A stretch of 64,000 nt of DNA from Nitrospiria bacterium (GCA_041490525.1 JBGPTH010000002.1:67214-131213), one strand, 5' to 3'; positions 34,661 to 46,838 are shown, counted from the stretch's first letter. Notes: generated from the sequence alone by a model not told the origin. Numbers and translations: made by a program.

Positions 34661-35584
34661 ATGAATGTACAACCAGGCGTCCTCGAGTCGCCGCAAGAGC
34701 ATCTGGACATCATCTTCCTCAACGCCACCACCAGCAACCGCGCCACACTCAAAGGCACGCTCCAACGCCTCTCCGAGGATGCGGCACGCCTCATGGAGCA
34801 ACACGTGGCATCCGAACTGACTGTGACCATCGGCTTCGGCAGTGGGTTCGTGGACAAGGTTTCGCCCAAGCGGCGGCCCAAAGGGCTACGCTCCATGCCA
34901 CGCTTTGAGGGCGACGAGTACAATCCTACTGAGACACAGGCGGACCTGGTCGTGCAAATTTGCAGCAACGTGAAGTTTGCTAACTACACCGCAGGCAAGA
35001 CACTCCTCGGCCTCTTGGGTGGGGCGTTCACAACCAAGGCGTACCATCAGGGATTCACCTTCCCGGGCAGTCGCGGCTTACTGGGCTTTATCGATGGCAC
35101 GGCCAACCCTGGCACTGAGGACCGGCCCAGCGTGGTGCTCGTCGGCGGCGACGATCCCGCCTTCAGAGACGGCTCGTACATGGCCTTCCGCAAGATCCGC
35201 GAGGACGTGGCCGCCTGGAACAAGCTCTCTCCCAAGGCGCAGGAAGACGCCGTAGGTCGTGGCAAGGTCGACAGCGCGGAGCATCCCGACGCGCCGACGA
35301 CAAGCCACAAGAAGAAAAGCGACGTAAAGCTGGGCCGACGCGATATCAAAATCTACCGTCGCTCGTATCCCTTCTGGTCGCCCTTCGAGTCCGGGCTGCT
35401 GTTCATCTGCTACCAGGCGGACCTGGGCCAGTACGAGGCCATTAAGAAGAGCATGGTCAGTGAGGCCAAGGGTGGCCACGACCGCCTGGAGGACTTCTAT
35501 CATGCCGTGGAGGGCGGGTATTACTTCATGTCGCCTCGGCCCACGAGCAGGGGTGGGTTTATCGGTGATTTTCTGTTCCGGTAA
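34661..35584 (+). CDS. Dyp-type peroxidase
   Basis: 307 aa with the GFIDGTANP motif and distal-Arg-region context. No signal or TAT peptide was seen. Confidence 0.85.
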   Translation: MNVQPGVLESPQEHLDIIFLNATTSNRATLKGTLQRLSEDAARLMEQHVASELTVTIGFGSGFVDKVSPKRRPKGLRSMPRFEGDEYNPTETQADLVVQICSNVKFANYTAGKTLLGLLGGAFTTKAYHQGFTFPGSRGLLGFIDGTANPGTEDRPSVVLVGGDDPAFRDGSYMAFRKIREDVAAWNKLSPKAQEDAVGRGKVDSAEHPDAPTTSHKKKSDVKLGRRDIKIYRRSYPFWSPFESGLLFICYQADLGQYEAIKKSMVSEAKGGHDRLEDFYHAVEGGYYFMSPRPTSRGGFIGDFLFR

Positions 35585-35806
35585 GTGGTTCTTCAGAATT
35601 TAGACTGCGTGCGTCGCTGGGGCTGAAGGCCGTGCCCTGCCCCTTAAAACCGGGCCGGGTCCTAAACCCCTTCCTGCCGGTCAGTTCATGAAAACTCCTC
35701 TCCTTGACGGCCCAATGTAACTATTCCGATTTGCCGGTGTCTCACAGGTATAGAGGGGCCAATGAGGACAGCCTGTAATGTTCTCCATTCATAAAGGGAG
35801 GTCAAG

Positions 35807-36376
35807 ATGTGTAAGACGACGAACGCGATAAGGTCTCGATTAACGGTCATTCTGGCTCTCGGGGCCGTGCTGACATGGATGGTCTGCGTTCCCCCTGAGG
35901 TCCGCGCCGATCCACGGCCGGAGATGAGGAGGGACCTCCATTCCGGGCACGGGGGAGGCAGGCCCGACTTCGCAGGCCACGCACTCCACAGCTTGCTTCG
36001 GCATAAAAAGGACCTGGGCTTATCAGAGGATCAAAGTGCCCAAATCAAGGCCATTGCCACCGACTATACGAAGACTCGAATTCGGGATAAAGCCGCCGCC
36101 AAACTGGCAGAGGTGGATGTTCGCACCCTCGTCCGCGACGAGAAAGCCGACCTGTCTGCTATCGAGACAGCCATGAAGAAGGCCGAGAGTGCCCGTACTG
36201 GCTTGCGTTTGGATGGGGTGAAAGCTCTGCGTACGGCGACAGCCGTGCTGACGCCGGAGCAGCGCGAGAAATGGCGAGGCGGCATGATGGAGAGACACCG
36301 AAAAACCGCAGGGTCGGGAGAGCATGGGGATGAGCTCATGGCCACCCCCCACGACCTTCCCAAGAGAGAAGGCTAA
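35807..36376 (+). CDS. periplasmic LTXXQ-motif (Spy/CpxP/ZraP-like) protein
   Basis: 189 aa with the RBS agggagg and a signal peptide. It has two LTXXQ-like motifs (LSEDQ and LTPEQ). Confidence 0.6.
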   Translation: MCKTTNAIRSRLTVILALGAVLTWMVCVPPEVRADPRPEMRRDLHSGHGGGRPDFAGHALHSLLRHKKDLGLSEDQSAQIKAIATDYTKTRIRDKAAAKLAEVDVRTLVRDEKADLSAIETAMKKAESARTGLRLDGVKALRTATAVLTPEQREKWRGGMMERHRKTAGSGEHGDELMATPHDLPKREG

Positions 36377-36399
36377 TCGTTAGGCCTGCGGATGTGTGC

Positions 36400-36426
36400 A
36401 GGGGGCGGTATTCTTTGCCGCCCCCT
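36400..36426. terminator. bidirectional hairpin terminator between convergent genes
   Basis: A perfect 9-bp GC-rich stem pairs agggggcgg with ccgccccct across a 9-nt T-rich loop. Confidence 0.5.
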
Positions 36427-36435
36427 ATCCCACAC

Positions 36436-36879
36436 TCATTTCTGTCCCCCGCGCGGAAGGCCAAGGACATACTCGCGGTCTGAGTCCCACCGCCGTTGGA
36501 GCTGACGATAGAGCTCATCCAGTTTGCCCTGCTGCTCCGGACTCAGCTTGGTTTTGAGAGCCTCGATCGTTCTGTTCATGGTCTCCTCAACGCGGGGCTG
36601 TTGCGCCATCCGCAAGCGGAGCAGTTCTCCCTCGGTCTGCGTCACAATGGACTCGATCGCCCGCTGCTGTTCGGCCGACAAGCTCAGTTCGCTGGTCAGG
36701 TGCTTCATCACCCGCGGCTTCAGCCCGGCCAGGCCTTGCTCCCACTTCTTCTGCCCTTTGTAATCATGGTAGGCGGTTGTCGCGACGTTGGCGACGAGCA
36801 GGCCGCAGAGAAACACGACGGCGAGCCCCCCCAAGATCCGCCAGTCCCTGCCGCGCATTGGGCTCTGGCTGTCGCTCAT
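36436..36879 (-). CDS. membrane-anchored periplasmic LTXXQ-motif (Spy/CpxP-like) protein
   Basis: 147 aa with an N-terminal TM anchor and the motifs LSAEQ and LSPEQ. It has a 4-nt overlap with the anti-sigma gene. Confidence 0.6.
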   Translation of the reverse strand: MSDSQSPMRGRDWRILGGLAVVFLCGLLVANVATTAYHDYKGQKKWEQGLAGLKPRVMKHLTSELSLSAEQQRAIESIVTQTEGELLRLRMAQQPRVEETMNRTIEALKTKLSPEQQGKLDELYRQLQRRWDSDREYVLGLPRGGQK

Positions 36880-37190
36880 GGGTCACCTGCAAGAGTCGCG
36901 TCCACCCCTGCCTCCGCGAAGAGGGCCGTAAAGTCGGCATCGGCCCGCCCCGCATTCCAGGTCAGCACCGATCCCACGAAAATCAGCGAAACGAGGACGA
37001 CGACAGCCGCGGCCCGCCAGACCAAAAGGGGCATCTCGAGAAGAGGTGTGACGCCGACCGGTTGCCGGCGAACCTCGCGCATGATGGAATCAAGCCAGCC
37101 GTGCGAAAAGCGGGGAGGTTCCTGAAACTCATGCGCCCGGGCCAGTGCCCGCTCAAGCTTGTCGAGTTGCTCTTTGCTCGATCGTCTCAT
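36876..37190 (-). CDS. putative anti-sigma factor (single-pass membrane protein)
   Basis: 104 aa, immediately downstream of and overlapping the ECF sigma gene. It has one TM helix (LLVWRAAAVVVLVSLIFVGSVL). Confidence 0.55.
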   Translation of the reverse strand: MRRSSKEQLDKLERALARAHEFQEPPRFSHGWLDSIMREVRRQPVGVTPLLEMPLLVWRAAAVVVLVSLIFVGSVLTWNAGRADADFTALFAEAGVDATLAGDP

Positions 37191-37858
37191 GTCGGATCCC
37201 TCAGTGCTCCCTCCAGGACCTTCCGGAGTTGTTGACGCGCGCGGTGCGCGCGTACTTTCACATTGACTGCGCTCCAGCCCAACAGTTCAGCCGCCTCTCG
37301 GACCGAATGGCCCTCGAGGTGGACTAGGGTGACGACCATACGGTTCTCGGCGGACAGCTGAGCCAGCGCCCAGTGCAGCAGCTCGGTTGTTTCCTGTTGC
37401 CGCACCAGCTCCTCAAAGCGCTCTTCAGATTCCGTTGCGAGGAGCCGCTCGGTCCAATCCTGATGCTCATCTCCCATTTCACTGATCGAGACTTCCTTAC
37501 GCGCCGCGGCGCTGCGCCATACGTCATAACAACTGCGGACCGCGATCCTGGCCAACCAATGCGCGAACGGGGTCCGGAACGCATAGGTGGGCAAGGAGGT
37601 ATAGGCCCGGACAAAGACGTCTTGCGAGACTTCGTCGACCATGTCGCCTCGAACATGGCCGGCCACGATGCGGCCGACGTGTTGCTGATAGCGGGTGATC
37701 AATTCCACAAAGAGATCCACCTCTCCGGCCAGGACCCGACGAATGATTTCCTCGTCCGCCGGCCCTGGCCCTGCCACCGTCCCCCCTGGCGCGGCCCGCG
37801 TGGAGCCGTCCGGGCTGCCCCTGGAGGATTTCGGTGCCCGGCGATCGCCCTCAGGCAT
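37187..37858 (-). CDS. ECF-type RNA polymerase sigma-70 factor
   Basis: 223 aa. Region 2 (LITRYQQHVGRIVAGHV...DVSQDVFVRAY) and the region 4 HTH (GHSVREAAELLGWSAVNVKVRAHRARQQL) are both present. Confidence 0.85.
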   Translation of the reverse strand: MPEGDRRAPKSSRGSPDGSTRAAPGGTVAGPGPADEEIIRRVLAGEVDLFVELITRYQQHVGRIVAGHVRGDMVDEVSQDVFVRAYTSLPTYAFRTPFAHWLARIAVRSCYDVWRSAAARKEVSISEMGDEHQDWTERLLATESEERFEELVRQQETTELLHWALAQLSAENRMVVTLVHLEGHSVREAAELLGWSAVNVKVRAHRARQQLRKVLEGALRDPT

Positions 37859-38087
37859 GAGGACTCTTAATGGGATAGTCGGGGGACCCTGGCAGAAGGT
37901 TACACGTTTCCTGTAACCTCACCGCTTGTTCCTCCGACTTATATCAGTAAAGGGGTGCACCCTGGCTCCGCCAACCGGCCATGAAACGACCTATTGTAAA
38001 CCGATGCCGAACCAATTGCTCGCACTGGGCTGACGAACGGTTGCTGAGGCCCTCATGAGGGACGCACAAGGAGCCCCTAAGGACAAG

Positions 38088-39308
38088 ATGTTTGAGTCAA
38101 GGCGTTTCCCTATGCTGCTCAGGCGCTGGGGGATCGCGCTGCTCGTGGTCTGTCTTCTCGCCGTCGGCGCGTACGTCGTCTCGACGAAGTCGGGCGAGGC
38201 GCAACCGCGCACCGCCGGGGCGAAGGCGAACTCCCCGGCGCGCACCGTCCCGGTGGTGGCCGTGGCCGCGAAGACGGGCGACATCGGCATTTATCTCACC
38301 GGACTCGGGTCGGTCACCCCGCTCAATACCGTCACCGTGAAAAGCCGAGTGGATGGAGAACTGATGAAGGTGTTGTTTCGGGAAGGCCAGATCGTCCGCA
38401 GCGGAGAGCTGTTGGCCGAAATCGATCCACGCCCGTTCCAAGTGCAGTTGACCCAAATGGAAGGGCAGATGGCGCGCGACCAGGCGCAGCTGAAGAACGC
38501 CCAACTTGACCTGGAGCGCTACCGTGATTTGTACAAGCAGGAAATGGTCTCCAAGCAGCAACTGGATACGCAGGTGTACCTGGTGCGCCAGTTTGAAGGC
38601 GTCGTCAAGACCGATCAAGGCCAGATCGACAACGCCAAGCTGCAGCTCACCTACTCCCGGATCACCGCGCCGATCAGCGGGCGAATCGGATTGCGGCTCG
38701 TGGATGCGGGCAACATGGTTCACGCAAGCGATTCCAATGGACTGCTGGTCATCACGCAGCTTCAACCCATTACGGTCGTCTTCACTATCCCGGAAGATAG
38801 TCTCCCCCCGGTGATCGAGAAGCTCAAGACCGGCGAGCGCTTGCCGGTCGAGGCGTTCGATCGGGAGCAGAAGCGGCGGCTCGCCACGGGGTCGTTGCTC
38901 ACGGTGGACAATCAGATCGATCCGAACACCGGCACGGTGCGGCTCAAGGCGGTCTTCCCCAACGACAACAACGAGCTGTTCCCCAACCAGTTCGTCAACG
39001 CCCGCCTGCTCCTGGACGTCAAGCGTGGGGCCACGGTGGTCCCGACCGCCGCCATTCAACGAAGTCCTCAGGGGACATTTGTCTACGTCGTGAAGGAAGA
39101 CCAGACCGTCGGGGTGCGTCCGGTCACCGTCGGCGTGGCCCAGGGGGACGAGGCGTCCATCGACAAGGGTCTGTCCCCCGATGAGCTGGTCGTCGTGGAC
39201 GGCACAGAGAAGCTGCGGGAGGGCAGCAAGGTGGACCTCACCAGGGGGCAAAGCGGGGGCCAAGGAGGGGGCCAGCCCGGCACGTCCCCGAAAGGCAAGC
39301 GACCGTGA
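38088..39308 (+). CDS. mdtA: multidrug efflux RND periplasmic adaptor subunit (MdtA-like)
   Basis: Collinear with E. coli MdtA (..[20 protein letters not shown].., ..[14 protein letters not shown].., ..[12 protein letters not shown]..). The start is uncertain between 38055 and 38088. Confidence 0.85.
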   Translation: MFESRRFPMLLRRWGIALLVVCLLAVGAYVVSTKSGEAQPRTAGAKANSPARTVPVVAVAAKTGDIGIYLTGLGSVTPLNTVTVKSRVDGELMKVLFREGQIVRSGELLAEIDPRPFQVQLTQMEGQMARDQAQLKNAQLDLERYRDLYKQEMVSKQQLDTQVYLVRQFEGVVKTDQGQIDNAKLQLTYSRITAPISGRIGLRLVDAGNMVHASDSNGLLVITQLQPITVVFTIPEDSLPPVIEKLKTGERLPVEAFDREQKRRLATGSLLTVDNQIDPNTGTVRLKAVFPNDNNELFPNQFVNARLLLDVKRGATVVPTAAIQRSPQGTFVYVVKEDQTVGVRPVTVGVAQGDEASIDKGLSPDELVVVDGTEKLREGSKVDLTRGQSGGQGGGQPGTSPKGKRP

Positions 39309-42300
39309 ACCCTTCACGCCTCTTCATCCTGCGGCCGGTCGCCACGGCTCTGCTGATGGCGGCCATTCTGCTTGCCGGCGTCCTGGCCTACCGCCAGCTA
39401 CCGGTCTCCGCCTTGCCGCAAGTGGATTACCCCACCATCCAGGTCGTCACCTTCTACCCGGGAGCGAGCCCTGACGTCATGGCGGCATCCGTCACGGCGC
39501 CTTTGGAGCGCCAGTTCGGGCAGATGCCCGGTCTGAAACAGATGACGTCCACCAGTTCCGGCGGCAGTTCGGTCATTACGCTGCAGTTCAGCCTGACCTT
39601 GAGCCTGGACGTCGCGGAGCAGGAGGTGCAGGCGGCCATCAATGCCGCGTCCACCTTCTTGCCTCGTGATCTTCCGAACCCGCCGGTCTATAGCAAGGTC
39701 AATCCCGCGGATGCCCCGATCCTGACGCTGGCGTTGACGTCGGACACCTTACCCCTGCCTCAGGTCGAGGATCTGGCCGACACCCGCTTTGCTCAAAAGA
39801 TTTCCCAGCTGTCGGGCGTCGGACTCGTCAGCATCAGCGGCGGGCAAAGGCCGGCCGTCCGGATACAGGCAAACCCGACGGCGCTGGCCGCCTATGGACT
39901 GACCCTCGAAGACCTCCGCGCGGTCATCGCGGCCGCCAACGTCAATCAGGCGAAAGGGGCGTTCGATGGCCCGCGACGGGCGTCCATCATCGGCGCGAAC
40001 GATCAACTTCTCTCAAGCAGCGACTATCGGCCGCTGATCGTCACCTATCGCAACGGCGCGCCGGTGAAGTTGTCCGACGTCGCCGATGTCATCGACGATG
40101 CCGAGAACGTGAAGCAGGCGGCGTGGATGAACGACAGGCCCGCCGTGATCGTCAACATCCAGCGCCAGCCGGGCGCCAACGTCATCGAAGTCGCCGATCG
40201 CATCAAGAAGCTCTTGCCGCAGCTGGAAAGCGCCTTGCCCTCGTCCGTCCAGGTCTCGGTGCTGACGGATCGCACGATCACCATTCGCGGGTCGGTCAGG
40301 GACGTGCAGTTCGAGCTGATGGTGGCGGTCGCGCTGGTGGTCATGGTGATCTTTCTGTTTCTTCGCACCCTGTCGGCCACGGTCATTCCCGCCGCCGCCG
40401 TCCCGTTATCCCTGGTGGGGACCTTCGGGGCGATGTATCTGATGGGGTTCAGCCTGAACAACCTGACGTTGATGGCGCTGACGATTTCGACGGGTTTTGT
40501 CGTGGACGACGCGATCGTCATGATCGAAAACATCGCCCGATACATCGAAGAGGGCGACACTCCGCTGCAGGCCGCGCTGAAGGGCTCCGAACAGATCGCC
40601 TTCACCATCCTGTCCTTGACCATCTCGCTCATCGCCGTGCTGATTCCCCTGCTGTTCATGGGCGACGTGGTGGGACGCTTGTTCAGGGAGTTCGCCCTCA
40701 CGCTCGGGATCACCATCCTCATCTCGGCGGTCGTGTCGCTGACCCTCACGCCGATGATGTGCGCGAGACTGCTGCGGCGCACGCCGAAGGAGCAGCAGGG
40801 AAGCTTCTCCCGGGCCTCCCAACACGTGTTTGAACGGGCGATCGAATTCTACGGAAAGACGTTGCGATGGGTGCTGGGTCGTCAGACGGCCACCCTCATC
40901 GTTGCGATTGGGACCCTAGTCCTGACCGTGCTGCTCTACATTGTCGTGCCGAAAGGGTTTTTCCCGGTTCAGGATACCGGGGTGATCCTGGGGATTTCCG
41001 AAGCGCCACAATCCGTCTCCTTTGGGGCGATGGCCGAGCGCCAGCAGGCGCTGGCAGCGGTGGTCCTGAACGATCCGGCGGTCGAAAGCCTGTCGTCGTT
41101 CATCGGCGTGGACGGCACCAATTCGACCCTCAACAGCGGCCGCATCCTCATCAACCTGAAGCCCCTCGCCGAACGGCGCATCAGCGCGAGCCAGATCATC
41201 CGCCGCTTGCAAGCGGACCTGGCGACGGTGCAAGGCATCACGCTGTACCTGCAGCCGGTACAGGACCTCACGGTCGAGGCCCGCGTGAGCCGCACCCAGT
41301 ACCAATACAGCCTCGAAGACCCCGACGCCAAGGAGCTGAATGCGTGGGCGCCCAAGCTGGTCGAGGCGCTCCGGGCGCTCCCGGAGCTTCGCGACGTGGG
41401 CAGCGATCAACAAGACCAGGGGCTCCAGTCCTTCCTGGCGATCGACCGCAGCACCGCCTCACGGCTGGGCATCACGCCGCAGCTCATCGATGACACCCTC
41501 TACGATGCCTTTGGCCAGCGGCTGGTGTCCACGATCTTTACGCAGCTGAACCAGTATCGCGTCGTCCTGGAAGTGAAGCCGGACTTTCAGAAGGGCCCCC
41601 AGGCGCTGCAGGACATCTATGTCCGCTCGTCCACCGGGGGTCAGGTTCCGTTGAGCACCTTCACGCAGACGATGGAGACGACGGCTCCGCTTCTCATCAG
41701 TCATCAGGGACAATTTCCCGCGGTCACGATATCCTTCAATCTCGCGCCGGGAGTGGCGCTCGGTGAGGCGGTGCGCGCGATCGAGACGGCCACGCAGCAA
41801 ATTGATCTGCCGCCCAGCATTCGGGGCAGCTTTCAGGGGACCGCGCAGGCCTTCCAGGCCTCGCTGGGCAACGAGGCGCTGCTGATCCTGGCGGCGCTCG
41901 TGACGGTCTACATCGTGCTCGGCGTCCTCTACGAAAGCTACATCCACCCCCTCACGATTTTGTCCACGCTGCCCTCCGCGGGGGTGGGAGCGATTCTCGC
42001 GCTGATGCTCTTCCGCACGGAGCTGAGCGTGATCGCCCTGATCGGCATCATCCTCTTAATCGGCATCGTGAAGAAGAACGCCATCATGATGATCGACTTC
42101 GCCCTGGACGCGGAGCGGAAGGAAGGGAAGCCCGCGGTCGATGCGATCTACGAGGCCTGTTTGCTGCGATTCCGGCCGATCATGATGACGACCATGGCGG
42201 CGCTTCTGGGGGCCTTGCCGCTCGCGGTGAGCACGGGGATGGGGTCGGAGCTCCGCCGGCCGCTGGGCATCGCCATCGTCGGCGGGCTGATCGTCAGCCA

Positions 42301-42421
42301 GGTGCTCACACTCTATACGACGCCGGTGGTGTACCTCGCGTTCGACCGACTGGCGAAACGCATCGGTGAGCGCCGTGCCTCACGTTCGAGCATTGAAGCG
42401 CTGGGCCCCGGACCCGCATGA
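39305..42421 (+). CDS. mdtB: multidrug efflux RND permease subunit (MdtB-like)
   Basis: 1038 aa. The N-terminus [57 protein letters not shown] is nearly identical in pattern to MdtB. It has a 4-nt overlap with mdtA. Confidence 0.9.
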   Translation: MNPSRLFILRPVATALLMAAILLAGVLAYRQLPVSALPQVDYPTIQVVTFYPGASPDVMAASVTAPLERQFGQMPGLKQMTSTSSGGSSVITLQFSLTLSLDVAEQEVQAAINAASTFLPRDLPNPPVYSKVNPADAPILTLALTSDTLPLPQVEDLADTRFAQKISQLSGVGLVSISGGQRPAVRIQANPTALAAYGLTLEDLRAVIAAANVNQAKGAFDGPRRASIIGANDQLLSSSDYRPLIVTYRNGAPVKLSDVADVIDDAENVKQAAWMNDRPAVIVNIQRQPGANVIEVADRIKKLLPQLESALPSSVQVSVLTDRTITIRGSVRDVQFELMVAVALVVMVIFLFLRTLSATVIPAAAVPLSLVGTFGAMYLMGFSLNNLTLMALTISTGFVVDDAIVMIENIARYIEEGDTPLQAALKGSEQIAFTILSLTISLIAVLIPLLFMGDVVGRLFREFALTLGITILISAVVSLTLTPMMCARLLRRTPKEQQGSFSRASQHVFERAIEFYGKTLRWVLGRQTATLIVAIGTLVLTVLLYIVVPKGFFPVQDTGVILGISEAPQSVSFGAMAERQQALAAVVLNDPAVESLSSFIGVDGTNSTLNSGRILINLKPLAERRISASQIIRRLQADLATVQGITLYLQPVQDLTVEARVSRTQYQYSLEDPDAKELNAWAPKLVEALRALPELRDVGSDQQDQGLQSFLAIDRSTASRLGITPQLIDDTLYDAFGQRLVSTIFTQLNQYRVVLEVKPDFQKGPQALQDIYVRSSTGGQVPLSTFTQTMETTAPLLISHQGQFPAVTISFNLAPGVALGEAVRAIETATQQIDLPPSIRGSFQGTAQAFQASLGNEALLILAALVTVYIVLGVLYESYIHPLTILSTLPSAGVGAILALMLFRTELSVIALIGIILLIGIVKKNAIMMIDFALDAERKEGKPAVDAIYEACLLRFRPIMMTTMAALLGALPLAVSTGMGSELRRPLGIAIVGGLIVSQVLTLYTTPVVYLAFDRLAKRIGERRASRSSIEALGPGPA

Positions 42422-45400
42422 ACATTTCAGCGCCCTTCATCCAGCGCCCGGTCGGCACCACCCTCCTGACGATCGGACTGGCGCTTACGGGGGCGGTCGC
42501 CTTTGGGCTGCTCCCCGTGGCGGCCCTGCCTCAGGTGGAGTTTCCGACGATCCAGGTCTCGGCGAACCTGCCGGGGGCGAGCCCCGAGACCATGGCGACG
42601 TCCGTGGCGGCCCCGCTTGAACGTCAGTTCGGGCGCATCGCGGGCGTGACCGAAATGACCTCCACGAGCTACCTCGGCTCCACGAGCATCGTCCTACAGT
42701 TCGAGTTGAGCCGGAGTATCGACGGCGCCGCCCGCGACGTCCAGGGGGCGATCAATGCGGCGCGGGGCTACCTGCCGACGGCTCTCCCGAATAATCCCAA
42801 CTACCGCAAGGTCAATCCGGCCGATGCTCCCATTATGATCCTGGGCCTGACCTCCGACACGATGAGCCGGGGACGGATGTACGACGCGGCGTCGAGCATC
42901 CTGCAGCAAAAGCTGGCCCAGGTGGATGGCGTCGGCCAGGTGGTCGTGGGGGGCGGGTCGCTGCCGGCCGTCCGGGTAGACCTGAATCCGATGGCCTTGA
43001 ACAAGTACGGGATCGGGCTCGAGGACGTCCGCCGTGTGCTGAGCACCACGAACGTGACCCGGCCCAAGGGACAGATGACGGACGGGGCCAGGACCTGGGA
43101 GATCCAGACCAACGATCAGCTCCGCAAGGCCGAGGAGTACGGGCCCCTGATCATCGCCTACAGGGCCGGGGCGGCGGTGCGGCTCTCCGACGTGGCCAGC
43201 ATCGAGGAGTCGGTCGAGGATCTGCGCACGACGGGCCTGGCCAACGGCAAGCCGGGCGTGCTGGTGATCCTCTACCGGCAGCCCGGCGCGAATATCATCA
43301 AAACGGTCGATCGGGTTCGGAGCTTGCTCCCGCAGCTTGAGGCCGCCATCCCCGCGGCCATCACCCTGTCGGTCGTGCTGGACCGGACGCCGGTGATTCG
43401 CGCGTCCTTGCACGATGTGGAGCGGACGCTGATCATCTCCGTCATGCTCGTGATTCTGGTGGTGTTCGCTTTTTTGCGGAATGTCCGGGCCACGATCATC
43501 CCGAGCGTTGCGGTGCCGGTCTCGCTCATCGGCACGTTCGGCGTCATGTACCTGTGCGGCTACAGTCTGGATAATCTGTCCCTCATGGCGCTGACGATCG
43601 CGACCGGATTTGTGGTCGACGACGCCATCGTGGTCCTCGAGAACATCACCCGGCACCGGGAACAGGGTGTGCCGCCTCGAGAGGCGGCATTGCGCGGGGC
43701 ACGGGAGGTCGCGTTTACCGTCCTCTCCATGAGCCTCTCGCTGGTCGCGGTGTTCATTCCCATCCTGTTGATGGGCGGCATTGTCGGCCGTCTGTTCCGG
43801 GAGTTCGCGGTGGTCCTCTCCGTCGCCATTGTCATCTCGCTTGTCCTGTCGTTGACCACGACTCCCATGATGTGCGCGTTGTTCCTGGGGTCGGAGAAAG
43901 CCCGTGGCCACGGGCGGCTCTACCGAGCGAGCGAGCGGATCTTCGGGTGGATGTTGTCGCGGTACGATACGACCCTGTCCTGGGCGTTGCGGCATCCGCG
44001 AGTCATGCTCACGCTGACCTTGGCCACCATTGCCCTCAACGTCTACCTGTTCATCATCGTGCCCAAAGGGTTCTTCCCCCAGCAAGACACCGGACGCCTG
44101 ATGGGTGTCATTCAGGGAGCGCAGGACACCTCGTTTCAGGCGATGCGCGAGAAGCTGATCCAGATCGTGGACATCGTCAGGAGCGATCCGGCCGTTGAAA
44201 CGGTGACCGGGTTCAGCGGCGGGGGCGGAGGCGGCACCACGACGAACACGGGCCGAATGTTCATCGGGCTGAAGCCGCTCGGGGAGCGGAAGCTCAGCGC
44301 GGATGAGGTGATTGCGCGACTCCGCGGAAAGCTCGCCAAGGTCCCGGGCGCGCCGACGGTTCTCCAGCCGGTCCAGGACGTTCGTATCGGAGGACGGCAG
44401 AGCAATGCGCAATATCAGTTCACGCTCCGGGGCGACAACTTGACCGAACTCAACACCTGGGCCCCGCGTGTGGAACAGAAGCTTCGCACCTTGCCGGAGC
44501 TGGTCGATGTGAGCAGCGATCAACAGGACCGGGGCTTGCAGTCCTCGGTGGTGTTCGACCGCAGCACGGCGTCGCGGCTGGGCATTACCCCGCAGCTCAT
44601 CGACGACACCCTGTACGACGCCTTCGGCCAGCGTCAGGTCTCGATCACATACACTTCCCTCAACCAGTATCACGTCGTGATGGAGGTCGCGCCGCGGTAT
44701 TGGCAACGCTCGGATACGCTGCAGGACATTTATGTCCGTTCTCCCAACGGGGCGCAGGTACCGCTGCGCACCTTCGCTCATTACGAATCAACCGCGACCG
44801 CGCTGTCGGTGAATCACCAGGGGCAGTTTCCGGCGGTGACCCTGTCGTTTAATTTACCGCTGGGAGTCTCGCTCGGCGAGGCGGTGAAGGCGATCGAGGG
44901 AGCCACACGCCAGATTGGTCTGCCCGCGAGCATTCGGGGCAGCCTGCAGGGGACGGCCCAGGCTTTCCAGGATTCGCTGGCCAGCCAGCCGCTGCTGATC
45001 CTGGCGGCGCTCGTGACGGTCTACATCGTGCTCGGGATCCTGTATGAGAGCTACATCCACCCGATCACCATCCTGTCCACGTTGCCGTCAGCCGGGGTCG
45101 GGGCCATTCTCGCGCTGATGCTCTTTCGCACGGATCTGAGCATCATTGCGGTGATCGGCATCATTCTGTTAATCGGGATCGTGAAGAAGAACGCCATCAT
45201 GATGATCGACTTCGCGCTGGAGGCGGAGCGTAAGGAGGGGAAGAGCTCGGCCGACGCGATCTACGAGGCCTGTTTGAGGAGATTCCGGCCGATCATGATG
45301 ACGACGATGGCCGCGCTGCTGGGGGCGCTGCCGCTCGCGCTGGGGACCGGCGTGGGGTCGGAGCTGCGCCGGCCGCTGGGCATTGCCATCGTCGGCGGGC

Positions 45401-45546
45401 TGATCGTCAGCCAGATGCTCACGCTCTATACGACACCGGTGGTGTACCTCTACCTTGACCGCTTGAGCCTTTGGTTCGAACGCATGCGGGGAGGACGTGG
45501 GCGGCGGATTGCGCAAGACAAGGCTCTGGGTCCAACGGGTCGGTGA
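42418..45546 (+). CDS. mdtC: multidrug efflux RND permease subunit (MdtC-like)
   Basis: 1042 aa and paralogous to the preceding gene. The N-terminus is ...[38 protein letters not shown]. It overlaps the upstream stop. Confidence 0.9.
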   Translation: MNISAPFIQRPVGTTLLTIGLALTGAVAFGLLPVAALPQVEFPTIQVSANLPGASPETMATSVAAPLERQFGRIAGVTEMTSTSYLGSTSIVLQFELSRSIDGAARDVQGAINAARGYLPTALPNNPNYRKVNPADAPIMILGLTSDTMSRGRMYDAASSILQQKLAQVDGVGQVVVGGGSLPAVRVDLNPMALNKYGIGLEDVRRVLSTTNVTRPKGQMTDGARTWEIQTNDQLRKAEEYGPLIIAYRAGAAVRLSDVASIEESVEDLRTTGLANGKPGVLVILYRQPGANIIKTVDRVRSLLPQLEAAIPAAITLSVVLDRTPVIRASLHDVERTLIISVMLVILVVFAFLRNVRATIIPSVAVPVSLIGTFGVMYLCGYSLDNLSLMALTIATGFVVDDAIVVLENITRHREQGVPPREAALRGAREVAFTVLSMSLSLVAVFIPILLMGGIVGRLFREFAVVLSVAIVISLVLSLTTTPMMCALFLGSEKARGHGRLYRASERIFGWMLSRYDTTLSWALRHPRVMLTLTLATIALNVYLFIIVPKGFFPQQDTGRLMGVIQGAQDTSFQAMREKLIQIVDIVRSDPAVETVTGFSGGGGGGTTTNTGRMFIGLKPLGERKLSADEVIARLRGKLAKVPGAPTVLQPVQDVRIGGRQSNAQYQFTLRGDNLTELNTWAPRVEQKLRTLPELVDVSSDQQDRGLQSSVVFDRSTASRLGITPQLIDDTLYDAFGQRQVSITYTSLNQYHVVMEVAPRYWQRSDTLQDIYVRSPNGAQVPLRTFAHYESTATALSVNHQGQFPAVTLSFNLPLGVSLGEAVKAIEGATRQIGLPASIRGSLQGTAQAFQDSLASQPLLILAALVTVYIVLGILYESYIHPITILSTLPSAGVGAILALMLFRTDLSIIAVIGIILLIGIVKKNAIMMIDFALEAERKEGKSSADAIYEACLRRFRPIMMTTMAALLGALPLALGTGVGSELRRPLGIAIVGGLIVSQMLTLYTTPVVYLYLDRLSLWFERMRGGRGRRIAQDKALGPTGR

Positions 45547-45572
45547 CGCCCCCTGCTGAGCAGCAAGCACCG

Positions 45573-46838
45573 TTACTGGGGGGCTAACTCTTCCGGCGGC
45601 AGCAGCCGGGTCTCCCGCACGTGGCGCCGGATGCCGGGGAGGGTCTTCCAGAAGATCGCGGCGCTGAGGAGGGTGGCGAGCCCTCCGATGGCGACGGTGA
45701 ACGGGGTGCCGATGTAGGTGGCCCCGACGCCCGCCAGCAGGCTGCCGAAGGTGGCCAGGCCGAGCGAGACCATCGCATAGAGGCTCATGACCCGCCCGCG
45801 CAGCGGATCGGGGGCCAGCGATTGCAGCAGGGTGTTGGTGCCGGCCAGGCCGGTCACCATGCCGAAGCCGATAACGACCAGCGCCGGGATGGAAATCCAG
45901 AGGGTGGTGCTGGCCGCCAGCGCCAGCAGGCCACACCCGAAGAGAGTCACGGCCGCCGCAATGGCGGTCCCCAGGCCCCGAACCGTCCCTCGCCTCGCCA
46001 GGCGCAGTGCGCCCGCCAGGGCCCCGACTCCGGTCGCGGCCATCAGGACCCCCAGCCCGTGAGGACCGGCCTGTAGAATGTCTCCGGCAAAGACCGGGAG
46101 CAGCGTCGCATACGGCATCCCGGCCACGCTCAGGACCGTGATCAGAGCCAAGAGCGCCCGGACATGGGGGGTCTGCCAGGCATACCGCAAGCCTTCGGCG
46201 AGAAAGGCGAAGGCGTTCATCCGCGCGGGGCGGGCGGTCTGCTCGATCCTCATCGCCAGCAGGCAGGCGAGGAGAATGAGGAAGCTCAGCGCGTTGAGGA
46301 GAAAGCACAGGCCTTCCCCTGCGGTGACCACCAGGAAGCCGGCCAGGGACGGCCCGACGATCCGCGCCGTATTGAAGGCGGATGAGTTGAGCCCGATGGC
46401 CGACGGGATCGCAGCTCGGGGCACCAGGTCCGTCATGAAGGCCTGGCGGACCGGAATGTCCAGCGCGTTGATGATCCCCAGCAGGGTCGCCAGGGCGAGA
46501 ATCCACCCGACCGTGATGTGCCCGCTGAGCGTCAGCGCCGCCATGGCGCTCGCCTGAAGGAGCGACAGCGTCTGGGTTGCGATCATGACGCGGCGCCGGG
46601 GCCAGCGATCCGCGAGAAGACCACCCACCAGCCCGATCGCCAGGATCGGTGCCCTGGAGACGAATTCCACCAGGCCGAGCAGGAAAGGCGATCCGGTGAG
46701 GCGGTAGATCAGCCAGGCCTGGGCCAGGCTCTGCATCCACGTCCCGCAGAGGGAGAGGCCCTGGCCGGCAAAGAAGAGGGCAAAATTGCGGTGCGTGAGC
46801 GCCCGCCACGGCGATCCTTTTAACGCTGAGGGCGTCAC
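45573..46838 (-). CDS. MFS transporter (EntS/MFS_3-like)
   Basis: 421 aa with about 12 hydrophobic helices and an MFS loop motif (GGLLADRWPRRRVM). Confidence 0.8.
   Translation of the reverse strand: MTPSALKGSPWRALTHRNFALFFAGQGLSLCGTWMQSLAQAWLIYRLTGSPFLLGLVEFVSRAPILAIGLVGGLLADRWPRRRVMIATQTLSLLQASAMAALTLSGHITVGWILALATLLGIINALDIPVRQAFMTDLVPRAAIPSAIGLNSSAFNTARIVGPSLAGFLVVTAGEGLCFLLNALSFLILLACLLAMRIEQTARPARMNAFAFLAEGLRYAWQTPHVRALLALITVLSVAGMPYATLLPVFAGDILQAGPHGLGVLMAATGVGALAGALRLARRGTVRGLGTAIAAAVTLFGCGLLALAASTTLWISIPALVVIGFGMVTGLAGTNTLLQSLAPDPLRGRVMSLYAMVSLGLATFGSLLAGVGATYIGTPFTVAIGGLATLLSAAIFWKTLPGIRRHVRETRLLPPEELAPQ

Noticed and set aside
42694-44781. Very long ORFs antisense to clearly recognisable genes. 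Examples: 42694-44781 (-), 16004-17083 (-), 47019-48704 (-), 45169-46809 (-), 59508-61172 (-), 61188-62714 (-), 750-1502 (+), 38097-39317 (-), 24888-25916 (-).
   Set aside because: These are typical high-GC shadow ORFs. They are Arg/Pro/Gly/His-rich with low complexity and have no RBS or domain motifs. Each fully overlaps a gene with strong family signatures on the other strand.
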